The notes below the pieces were generated by a model. The model was not told the DNA's origin, ran no database searches, and saw nothing but the letters and a program-made list of their open reading frames with translations. Position numbers and translations under genes: made by a program. DNA of 64,000 bases. Origin: an uncultured Chloroflexia bacterium. GTDB lineage: Bacteria; Chloroflexota; Anaerolineae; B4-G1; SLSP01. Location: assembly GCA_963751345.1 (NCBI GenBank), contig CAVVUS010000024.1, forward strand, positions 64,001-128,000. The letters run 5' to 3'. Shown here piece by piece: positions 52,715-61,671 of the stretch. Position 1 is the first letter of the stretch, and the number at the start of each line of letters is the position of its first letter.

Positions 52715-53729
52715 CTATATCTTTCGTCCGACAGCAGCGGCTATCGGCCGGAGCGAATCCATGAGTTCGGCGAAACGTTCCAGCTTGAGAGACTGCCCTC
52801 CGTCCGAGAGCGCCTCCTCTGGCCGCGGATGGACCTCGATAATCAGGCCATCCGCACCAGCCGCGATGGCTGCCCGCGCGACCGGACTTACCAACTCCCA
52901 GTGTCCGGTCCCGTGGCTCGGATCGACAAGGACGGGTAGATGGCTGAGCTGCTTAAGCAAAGGTATCGCACTGATGTCCAGCGTATTGCGTGTGTAGGGC
53001 TCAAAGGTCCGGATGCCTCGCTCGCAGAGAATCACGCGATTGTTGCCGTGTGACAGGATGTACTCCGCCGACATCAACAACTCCTCGATCGTCGACATCA
53101 TGCCCCGCTTCAAGAGGACGGGGCGCTGAGACTCACCCACGGCGTGCAACAGTGCATAGTTCTGCATACTCCGCGCGCCAATCTGCAGGATGTCGGCGTA
53201 GGTCGTGACCAGCGGCACCTGTTCGGGAGACATCACCTCTGTCACTATCGGAAGGCCGGTAGCCTCTCTTGCCTCGGCGAGCAGCTTGAGTCCTGTTTCA
53301 CCGAGACCCTGGAAACTGTAAGGAGATGTGCGAGGCTTGAACGCCCCCCCGCGTATTGCGTGAGCGCCGGCAGCCTTCACCGCTTCTGCGGTTTCCATGA
53401 GCTGGCTCGGCACTCTCGACAGCACAGGGACCAGCCATCACGATCACTTGCTCACCACCGATAGAAACGCCGTTGATCGGGAAAACGGAGTTCTGCGGAT
53501 GGAATTCACGACTGGCCAACTTGAAGGGCCGCAGTACCGGAACGGTGCGCTCCACACCCGACATACGGTCGATCTGCTCGTGATCGATCGGGCGCCCATT
53601 GCCAATGACACCGATAATCGTGCGCTCCTCGCCTTCGGAAAGATGGACCTGGCATCCCATCTGCTCCACGCGAGCCGAAACGTTGGCGATCTGTGCCGCC
53701 GTTGCTCCGTGCTTCATAATGATAATCAT
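52715..53729 (-). CDS. aroF: DAHP synthase type I-beta with N-terminal regulatory domain (indel near 53405)
   Basis: [22 protein letters not shown]; then [36 protein letters not shown]. Confidence 0.92.
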
Positions 53730-54610
53730 CTCCCCTCCCCCACATTAGCCTCTGTAACAGCACCGTCCCATCTCCACACCTCATCAACCATCGGCGTCGT
53801 CGCCGCCGGGTAAGAGCCCAGCATCTTGACGAACGATGCATGGCGCAGCAACCCCATCAGCGCCGCCTCAGCCGCCAGATCCTGGCAATGCCCCTCGAAG
53901 TCGAGATAGAAAGTGTAGCGCCAGGGCTGATTCAGGCGCGGGCGCGACTCGATCTTGGTGAGGTTGATGCCTCGGTTGGCGAATTCGCCCATGCATTTAT
54001 ACAGTGCCCCGGGGCTGTGACGCGTGGAGAAGACGACCGACGTTTTCGTGCGTTGGGCTCGGGGCGGATCATCCGTGCCCATGACGAAGAAGCGTGTGTA
54101 GTTGAAGTGGAAATCCTCGATGCCCGGATCCAGGATCTCCAACCCGTACATCTCGGCCGCCAGTCCACTGGCGATCACGGCCACGTCCGGCTCGGGGTTT
54201 TCGGCCAAGTCCCGGGCACTGCCTGCGGTGTCAAATGCCGGCTCCGGCTTCAGTTCGTAGCGAGACAGGTACCGCTGGCACTGCGCCAGAGCTTGGGGAT
54301 GGGATCTCACACGGCGTATGGCCGCGCGTTGGGTTCCGGGCTGCGCCATCAGCATGTGGCGAACACGCAGGATGACCTCTGCGTTGATCCGTAGATCGCG
54401 CTCCAGGAGCAGCTCGTAAGCGCCTGCAACCGAACCGGCAACCGCGTTCTCGACCGGCAACATGGCGTAGTCAACTCGGCCGGCCTCGACCTCCGGGAAC
54501 ATGTCCTCCAGCCCACGACAGGGCAACGTCTCAACGTCCGAGCCAAAATACTGGCGGATGGCCTCCTCTGAATAGGCGCCCGCCACCCCCTGAAAAGCAA
54601 CGCGTGTCAT
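53726..54610 (-). CDS. pheA: Prephenate dehydratase with ACT domain
   Basis: AFQG..GAYSE, PVEN..AG.V, SHPQALAQC, NYTRF, NLTKIESRP. Confidence 0.94.
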   Translation of the reverse strand: MTRVAFQGVAGAYSEEAIRQYFGSDVETLPCRGLEDMFPEVEAGRVDYAMLPVENAVAGSVAGAYELLLERDLRINAEVILRVRHMLMAQPGTQRAAIRRVRSHPQALAQCQRYLSRYELKPEPAFDTAGSARDLAENPEPDVAVIASGLAAEMYGLEILDPGIEDFHFNYTRFFVMGTDDPPRAQRTKTSVVFSTRHSPGALYKCMGEFANRGINLTKIESRPRLNQPWRYTFYLDFEGHCQDLAAEAALMGLLRHASFVKMLGSYPAATTPMVDEVWRWDGAVTEANVGEGR

Positions 54611-54981
54611 ACTCTCCCCCTCTTCAGATCCGGTCTCAACTGCACTGCATCTCGCAAATAGACATGGTTGATCTCTGCCGGCGCGCGATCCGTGTTCCAA
54701 TGAACCAGCACCCGAACGCAGCGCGGAAGGCTCCCCTCTACCCGCATCTCCTGCATACAGAGAAGGGGTGTTTGCGTCCAGCCCATCTCTCGCGCGACTA
54801 CCGCAGGATAGACCGCATCCAGGTCGGGCGTCGCCGTAAAGATCACGCTGGTAACATCCTCGACTTCCACCCCGTTCTCATCAACGACGGCCATCAACAG
54901 CGTGCGTGTGGCCTGAATAATGGCGTCCACTGTGTTTTCCGGCACAGTGATGGCGCCCCGAATGCCACGACATCGAACCAT
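54607..54981 (-). CDS. aroH: AroH-class chorismate mutase
   Basis: CRGIRGAIT, FT.TPDL.A.YPA..AR, PLLCMQEM, CVRVL, YL..A..LRPDL. Confidence 0.94.
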   Translation of the reverse strand: MVRCRGIRGAITVPENTVDAIIQATRTLLMAVVDENGVEVEDVTSVIFTATPDLDAVYPAVVAREMGWTQTPLLCMQEMRVEGSLPRCVRVLVHWNTDRAPAEINHVYLRDAVQLRPDLKRGRV

Positions 54982-55003
54982 AACAATGCCCCCTTCCAGA
55001 TAC

Positions 55004-55037
55004 AAAAAAGACGTGGAGCCGGTCGGCTCCACGTCTT
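55004..55037 (-). terminator. aro operon attenuator terminator
   Basis: Transcript AAGACGTGGAGCC-GACC-GGCTCCACGTCTTTTTT, about 22 nt before the aroH ATG. Confidence 0.92.
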
Positions 55038-55062
55038 GGGTTGCTTTGGGGATTCTACTGAC

Positions 55063-55167
55063 CTACATCGCCCTCCCGGCAACGCAAAGTGGCCGACCCT
55101 GGGTGGGGCGGCTAAAATAGAAGGTATACATGTAGGTTTTTACAGATTCTCGACTGTGATCGGTCAT
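55063..55167 (-). CDS. Tyr/Phe leader peptide, 34 aa
   Basis: ATG 55167 to TAG 55063: MTDHSRESVKTYMYTFYFSRPTQGRPLCVAGRAM; 5 of 7 consecutive codons are Tyr/Phe. Confidence 0.87.
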   Translation of the reverse strand: MTDHSRESVKTYMYTFYFSRPTQGRPLCVAGRAM

Positions 55168-55187
55168 AGATACTCAGCCTTAGGTGA

Positions 55188-55226
55188 CGATTAGTACAAT
55201 ACTAATCGCTTCGCGAGACTTGTCAA
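55188..55226 (-). promoter_or_regulatory. aro operon promoter with overlapping inverted repeat
   Basis: Minus-strand TTGACA (55221-55226)-N16-TAGTAT; perfect CGATTAGTA-N3-TACTAATCG (55188-55208) covers the -10 and start region. Confidence 0.65.
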
Positions 55227-55252
55227 GTGCAAATTGCAGTCCGGCGACAACG

Positions 55253-55645
55253 TCACCCGCTAACGCGCTGCAGGGCCTCCAGCGCGGACGTCAGGGCATC
55301 ACCCATTGTGCGCAACATCGTTTCCCGCGTCTTCAGCGCTTGGGTGACCATCGACTGGTGAATGTCCCACACGGCGCGATCGACCTGATCGTTGTTGTCA
55401 ACGGGCAGACAGACCGTCGTGTCGCAGTCGAAATCCACGCGCGTGTACGCCCGCAGTCGCAGTTTGTCGGCGAGCCCGGGATCCAAAAGGTTCAATCCAC
55501 CATCTGCTAGCATCTTGATCTGCGCGCTGGGCGTGGTGAAGGTCCGGACCTCCAACGTACTGATGTCGCTCACAAATGTCTCCGCCTTAGATGCCAGATC
55601 TTTGGTGAACTTCTCAATTGCGTTTCTCAGATCGCTCTCAGCCAT
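55253..55645 (-). CDS. Hypothetical 130-aa protein, stand-alone copy of an unnamed domain (domain X)
   Basis: ATG 55645 with SD GAGGAGG; TLEVRT, LRAYTRVDFDCD, WDIHQSMV..A...R. Confidence 0.8.
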   Translation of the reverse strand: MAESDLRNAIEKFTKDLASKAETFVSDISTLEVRTFTTPSAQIKMLADGGLNLLDPGLADKLRLRAYTRVDFDCDTTVCLPVDNNDQVDRAVWDIHQSMVTQALKTRETMLRTMGDALTSALEALQRVSG

Positions 55646-55707
55646 TCCTATCCTCCTCATGGATCCTTCGAGAATACGTATGCATCCTCAAGGCAACGGA
55701 TACCGCT

Positions 55708-56553
55708 CTAGCCGGTCAGCACACCATCCGGCAAGTGCTCGAACTCGGACAACACGTCGCGGACGTATTTGTACACCGCAGGAATTAACAATATCTGCCC
55801 TCCCGGCACGGATGCCTTGAGTGCCAGGTCTAGCGCCCCGGTGGTCACAACTGAGATCAGTCGCAGTAACGCTCGACGGGACGCCAACGCCAGCTTCACG
55901 TCTTCCAGATGGAGCGCCATATCGAGAGCCGTCAGCCCGATCGACCAAGCCGTCTCGTAATCGCCGGTCCAGTCCACGGTGGTGATCGCAATCAGCTTAT
56001 CGTCGATCCGCGTCTCAACACGGGCCCAATGCTCCACAAGCTGGCGGAGCTGCGTAAGAAGCGCGCTTGTCGCCTCGATCCGCCCGACCTGTAAGGCGAG
56101 CTGACCATACGGCTTCACCTGTTGAGCCTCTCCAGAGAAGGCTGTCACGGACCCGGCCAGCGCGGTGACCTCGGCGAGCAGCTCACCATCGTGTCGCAGA
56201 ACGACCTGTCCGCCGTAGGAGGCCACCGGGCTCAGAGCGCCCAGATGCTGCGAGATGAGGTCCAACTCCTTCATCCGTCGATCAACGATCGCCAGTTGAT
56301 CGTGCAATACCCGCCGGGTCTCTCTTGTGGCAGCCGGATGGCGCACCCGCCACACCATCCCATCGAGAGGACCGTCAGCCGCGTAAGCTGCTGGCTCCTC
56401 GGGTACAAATGCCGTCCCGGGCGCGTCCGCCGTCCGAGGCGCGTCCGCCGTCTGAGACGCGTCCGCCGTCCCAGGCGCCAGGTCCCACACACCCAGTGGG
56501 TCCTGACCGTCAGGCAGCGCGAATCCCGACCAGTCGTACGTCGATGCACTCAT
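55708..56553 (-). CDS. Hypothetical 281-aa protein with divergent domain X and a hydrophobic C-terminal hairpin
   Basis: ATGA overlap with the upstream gene; ARVETR, AITTVDWTGD, LH...V..A...R, then LLRLISVVTTGALDLAL and ILLIPAVYKYV. Confidence 0.75.
   Translation of the reverse strand: MSASTYDWSGFALPDGQDPLGVWDLAPGTADASQTADAPRTADAPGTAFVPEEPAAYAADGPLDGMVWRVRHPAATRETRRVLHDQLAIVDRRMKELDLISQHLGALSPVASYGGQVVLRHDGELLAEVTALAGSVTAFSGEAQQVKPYGQLALQVGRIEATSALLTQLRQLVEHWARVETRIDDKLIAITTVDWTGDYETAWSIGLTALDMALHLEDVKLALASRRALLRLISVVTTGALDLALKASVPGGQILLIPAVYKYVRDVLSEFEHLPDGVLTG
56411..56476. repeat. 18-bp in-frame tandem repeat, about 3.7 copies
   Basis: GCGTCCGCCGTC(C/T)(G/C)AG(G/A)C at 56423, 56441 and 56459 plus a partial copy; encodes TADASQ/TADAPR/TADAPG. 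Confidence 0.9.
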
Positions 56554-59007
56554 GCCGAACCGATCTTCAGACTATCGAGGAGACGCGTCGCGAGTTCCGC
56601 CATCGTAGCCAAGAACTTAGATCGGCTGTCCTGGGCCTCCTCAACCATCGATTTGTGGATCTCCCATAGAGCGATATCGACCTCGCGGTCGCTGTTCTCG
56701 GGCACGTAGACCTCAAGGTCGCCGTCAAATGCCACCCGCGTGAGCGCGCGAAGCGTAGCAGGGTAATCCGCATGCGTCTCCAGGGCTGCCGCTACCCGTT
56801 CGATATCGTCGGTCGAGTAGGTTTTGACATCCAACGTCACAATATCCTCGGCTGCGTGACCCAGCGAAGTCGCCAACTGATCGGTAAAGGCACGCAGCGA
56901 ATCCCTCAGCCTCTCAAACTGATCCGCCAACCCAAAGGCCACAGCGACCTCAGCGTCGGACATCGCCGCGATCCCCGACACGGAAGGGCCAGGCTCCCGC
57001 GACTTGGGCTTGAGTTCAGCCTCCGCCCATGGTCGAGCGGCGCGGTCCACAGGCGCCGTCACGATAGGAACCTGGCCTTGCTCACTAACCGACGTCTCCA
57101 TAGCTTCAGGAGCGTAGACTTCAGCTTCCGATGGCTCAGCCGCGGGGATCGGGGGCGGCACGGGATAAGCCGCGTCTTGAGTCACCAGCTCCGGCACTAC
57201 GAGAGATGGACCGCCCTGGAACTCCTCCGTCGAGGTGGCTGTCTCTTCCTCCTCGGGAGACACCGGCTGCTCCCGGCTCACTTGCTCCTCCGCTCCCTCG
57301 ACTTCCGGCTCCACCGGCTCCTCGTCCTCAGCGGGCACCTCCGGGTGCCTCGGGTTCAGGCACCGTGATCGTGCCGGCGTCGGGACCCTCCTCAGACGGC
57401 GGTTCGGGAGGCGCAAAGGGAATGCGTGCCGCCGGGTCTCCTATGACCACATAGCTTCGGGCATCGTTGTTGGCCGTCCATCGATTGGCAAGCTCATAGT
57501 CGTCCATATAGCCGGGATCCCACTTTAGCTCCTCGAGATCAGCACTCAGATCGGAGCTCAACTCGGCGTAGCGCATATCGAAACTGGTGTCGGTCGCGAG
57601 CCCGACCGGCTCGCCGTTCATCAGCATGCGCATCGCGGTGACAAACGACTGGTTTGTCATGCGCCCGGTTGGGGAGATGAAAGAGTAACCCCACGCCCGC
57701 TCCACGTGCCCCAGCACGGCCAAGGCGCCCTGTCTGAGCATCTGCTGCGGTAGTGCAGCCGTGAACCCCCGCGGGGCAATCTTCTCCCTTACCTTGAAGG
57801 CCTGCGCTGCGAACTGATCTAGTTGCGGCGTACCCGCGCCATAGCAGGCGAAGAAGAACGCCATCATGCCCAACAAGTCAGCATCTTCGGCGATGTCCTC
57901 GCCGGCGAAGTAGTAGTCTCTCAGGACGTCTCGACCAACACCCGGCCAATCCTGGCACAACAAAGCGCCCTGTTGCCGCAACTGTGCCGGATGTCCGGCA
58001 GGAAACTCAATCCCGTGGCTGGCACTGAAGAGCAGCGCCGGCGTCTGCGCAGGGTCACCGCCAAGGAGCTGTGTGAGTTGGTCGTGTGTGGCCAGGCCCT
58101 CACCCATATAGGGCGGGTGGATATCCCAATCATCCACCAACCCAAGCTCGAAATCCCGGGCCGCTATCGTGAGATTCTCGTACAGGGGCTGGACCAGATA
58201 CTGCGAACTCAACTTGGTCGCCTTGTCCCCCGGATTCTCCGGGGCGAAGAAGGCAGCGCGCCTCGGGAGGGCGATCTGTCCCGTCTCACACGCGACGACG
58301 TTCTGCGCATACCGGGCATACGCCTCGATGTCGGTCCCGAAATCCAGGCGGCCCACCCCACGCATCACGTCGATTTGGTACTGGAAACGGTAGGGTATCT
58401 CCTCGGGCGTGCCGATCAGGAGCACGTAGAATGGCATCTCCTGGGGGTCGACCAGTCCCGGCCCGACGCCGAGACGCTCGAACACCTGATCCTTACGCTC
58501 GCCGGCCCGGTACGCGTCCCCCCCCTCGTACATGCGAAAGAGATCCCCAGCCTGTTCATGTCGCAGGTCTAGCAGCGGCTGAAGCGCATCCTTGATCTCC
58601 TCCCGCACCCGCGGGTGCATGTCGGCGGGGAACATCACGGCCCACCCCACATCCTCCACGCGCGAGGGATCACCGGCCCCGGGCTTGACCGGATAGGGCG
58701 TGCGTGTCGCCGCCTTGAATCTCAGTTCCTCAAGGCGGACGGCGTCGTGCGACTCCTCAAGTGCAGACTGGACATCTGTGACCCGGGTCAGACGGTCCTC
58801 GAGGCCGGTGAGCTCTGCAAGCTGCCGCTGTCGATCGACGAATTCGCGGTAGTCCTGAGGAATAGGCTTCCCCTGGATGAGCCGCGCCAACTGCTGCGGT
58901 GAAAGCGGTGGCTGTCCATAGTTGCCAGTGACAGCATTGATCCCGTTGAAGACCAAGCGAGAGGGCTCGTCATCCTCTTCAGGAAGCGCTCTCAACTTAT
59001 CGGCCAT
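56550..59007 (-). CDS. Clan CD (C25/caspase-like) cysteine protease, Pro/Glu linker and domain X (probable single gene; indel near 57342)
   Basis: LVFNGIN..TG.Y, PFYVLLIG.P..IPY.FQY..D, VGRLDF, LLFSASHG (His 58015-58017), FFACYGAG (Cys 57844-57846), [16 protein letters not shown]...GDP. Removing one base gives PEPEAPEVPAEDEE and joins ORF 56550..57416. Confidence 0.75.
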
Positions 59008-59042
59008 GTTCAGTCTCCTTTCGACCGGAGCTAACCATCAGG

Positions 59043-61308
59043 TTACGCCTGTTCCGTCGTACTACCGAGGCGGACCACAGGGACGCCACGAAGGCGTACC
59101 GCTGGGTCACCGACGACAATGTAGCCTCGGGCGTCGTTGTTTGCCGTCCACAGCTCGGCGAGCCTGATACACATCCTCCACCGATGGGGGATCCCCAATC
59201 TGATCGTAGAGATAGGTCAGCTCGGTGGCAATCGCAGCATAGCGCATATTCATGAAATCCAGCGCAGACCCTACCGGGTGGCCGGCAAGCAGTCGTTCGA
59301 TCACACTCGCAAAGACCTCAACGTGCTCACGCTTCCGGCCTTCCATCCCCCCGGGCCGGCTGGTGACATCAGTGAGGAAGGAGAGACCCCAGGCGCGCTC
59401 CACGTGCCCGATCACGGCCAATGCCCCGTGGTCCTTGAGTGCCAGTATCGCCTTCGGAAGCGCCGCAACGAATGGGTTCTCGGCAATCGACGTCGCCCGC
59501 TCCTTGAACTCAGCTCGGTGATAGGCATCAGTCTGCGGGGTGCCCGCACCGAAGCACGCAAAGAAGAAGAGGATCATTCCCCTGAGGTTGACAGCTTCGG
59601 TGACGTCCGATGCCGAAAGGTAGGCCTCCGGCGGGACGTAGCCCTTGCGGCCACTCCAGTTTTGGCAGAGAAGCGATCCCTGCAGATTCCGCTGTCGTGG
59701 ATCATCCGGCGCAAACTCCAAGCCGTGCGTCGCCGTAAAAAGCAGCGCCGGCGGGGGCGTCAACTGGAGGATCTTCAGGAGGTTCGCCTTCGTCGCCTTG
59801 GCCGGGGCAATTCGTAGGATCTGCCAAGGGGACCCCACTGCCCTTGCCCTGAAATGCTGAGCAAGCGGCGCAATCAGATGGTCGGACGTCAGCGCCGTGG
59901 CCTCATCTCCAGGGTGTTCCGTCCCAAAGAAGACGACCTGGGAGTTAGGTGTCGCTGCCGCCGCTGATTCCTCCTCAACAGATACAACGTTCAGCGCATA
60001 GTTCCGGTAAGCCGTCAGATCATCGCCAAAATCCAGACGGCCTACCGCGTATTGAACGTCCAATTGGTACTGGAAGCTGAACGGGATGTCGTTTGGGTCG
60101 CCCACCAGCAACAAATAGTAGGGGACGCCTGTGGCGCGTGGATCTGCCGGGTTTGCCGCGTCGGCATTGCGTGGTGGGCGCCTCAGAAACATGCTGGCAG
60201 TATCACCGGAACGGTAGCCGTGCCGTCCCGCATAAACGCGGTAGAGGACACCGGCCTGGCGCTGGCGCAACGCCAAGAGCGGAGCCAGGGCCTTCTGGAT
60301 GATCTGGCAGTGATCCTCCGGCATCGAGGCAGAGAAAACGATGCCCCAGCCGGTCTGCCCGATCTGCATAGGATCCACCCAGGGGACCGTGCCCAACTGC
60401 CCGGTCACGCTGCGCCTCAGCTCGTCGAGCCACGCACGCATCGCATCGATAAAGTCGGACTGGCGTAGAGGCTGCCTGGCGCGTCGAAGCGCCGTTAACA
60501 CGCTGCGGAGCCCGGCGACGATCTCGTGCCACGAGTCGAACGCATCCGCCCTCGACAGCGCCGCCAGCCGCTCGCGCGGTTCGGACGCCGAGGGCCGTCC
60601 CTCGCTCCGCAGACCCCCAAGCGTTCCGAGCACATAGACCAACATCCGGAGCGGCCCGGCAATTGCATCGGTGCCCGGCAAGACCTTGAGGGACTCCACC
60701 GGCAGCTCGTCCAGGGCCCAACAGAACTCGTCGATCCACGGCGAACGCAGGACGCCCTGCTTGTCCAGAGGACCTGTCGCACCCTCGCTTAGGTACGTCT
60801 TCCGAACCGCGGCCAATGCCTGATCAAATCGCGATTCGAGCGTGCTGCGGAGCGTCGCCGAATTGGCATTCTCCTGGTCAAGCAACCATTGTGCGAGCGC
60901 AGCACCCTGCCCTCCATTGAGCAACCTGACGATGCGGACGAGGGTGTCCACCGGCTCTTGCTTGAGCTTGCTTGCCAGCACAGCGACATCCCCGGCGAGG
61001 GGTTTGCCCTGCCCGCCTAAGAGGATCGACAAAAGACGGTGGGCACTGTCTACGTACCAGACATTGCGCGGGCGAAGCTGCCCGCCCAGTAACTTGAGAA
61101 TATCCTGTGCCAGGAACTCGACAATTGAGAGGATCTTCCGCTCGCTAGTCGCCCGAACCATCAGTTCCCGCTGCAACTCACGAAGCTGGCGGGCGGTGTC
61201 ATAGCGGTCGGTCAAGACGTGATCGGCGAGGGTCTCGACCGTCATAGGCTGGAGCCCATACGCGCCTGTCACGCCGTTGACGCCGTTGAAGTAGAGTTTC
61301 TCGGTCAC
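59043..61308 (-). CDS. Clan CD (C25/caspase-like) cysteine protease with a large helical N-terminal insert (indel near 59163)
   Basis: GTG 61308; [39 protein letters not shown] (His 59725-59727), FFACFGAG (Cys 59554-59556), GHVERAW. Corrected tail [24 protein letters not shown] ends at TAA 59043. Confidence 0.8.
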
Positions 61309-61457
61309 GACCCTCTCTCGTCACTGATGATTATGCCGGGCCCGATCCACGTCATCAATCGACGCGTCCGTCGGGCTCCCTATGAGCAGGTGCAGGACAC
61401 GGGACCGTGCGGCCAGAGGCGACACGAAACTATGCTGACGCAGCCGAAATCGTTAGC

Positions 61458-61486
61458 AGTATAGCACACCAATCATACCAACGCAA
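61458..61486 (-). promoter_or_regulatory. Putative sigma70 promoter of the protease operon
   Basis: Minus strand TTGCGT-N17-TATACT with a TG extension (TGCTATACT). Confidence 0.6.
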
Positions 61487-61546
61487 CGGACGGTGCGAGA
61501 AGGTTTCGTGACAGACTGGGGGCAACAATTGCAGACCTCACGAATC

Positions 61547-61575
61547 TTGTCTTATCATCTCAGTTATGTTATAAT
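61547..61575 (+). promoter_or_regulatory. sigma70 promoter of nusA
   Basis: TTGTCT-N17-TATAAT with extended -10 TGnTATAAT. Confidence 0.72.
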
Positions 61576-61602
61576 GCGTTCAGAACCAGTATATGGGATA
61601 CT

Positions 61603-61630
61603 GAAAAGTGGGGCGAGCCCCACTTTTCTT
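61603..61630 (+). promoter_or_regulatory. rimP-leader-like attenuator hairpin
   Basis: GAAAAGTGGGG-CGAG-CCCCACTTTTC-TT between promoter and nusA; AGTGGG/CCCACT core as in the rimP leader. Confidence 0.72.
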
Positions 61631-61671
61631 CGTAGAGAGCATTTGGGGGAAATGGGGAGGCAGAGTCTTAT

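Noticed and set aside
56411-56476. Possible CRISPR array
   Set aside because: Contiguous 18-bp units with no spacers, in frame within a CDS; no cas genes in the window.
55230-61500. Protease operon as a mobile element or prophage
   Set aside because: No integrase, transposase, terminal repeats, flanking tRNA or obvious compositional shift seen.
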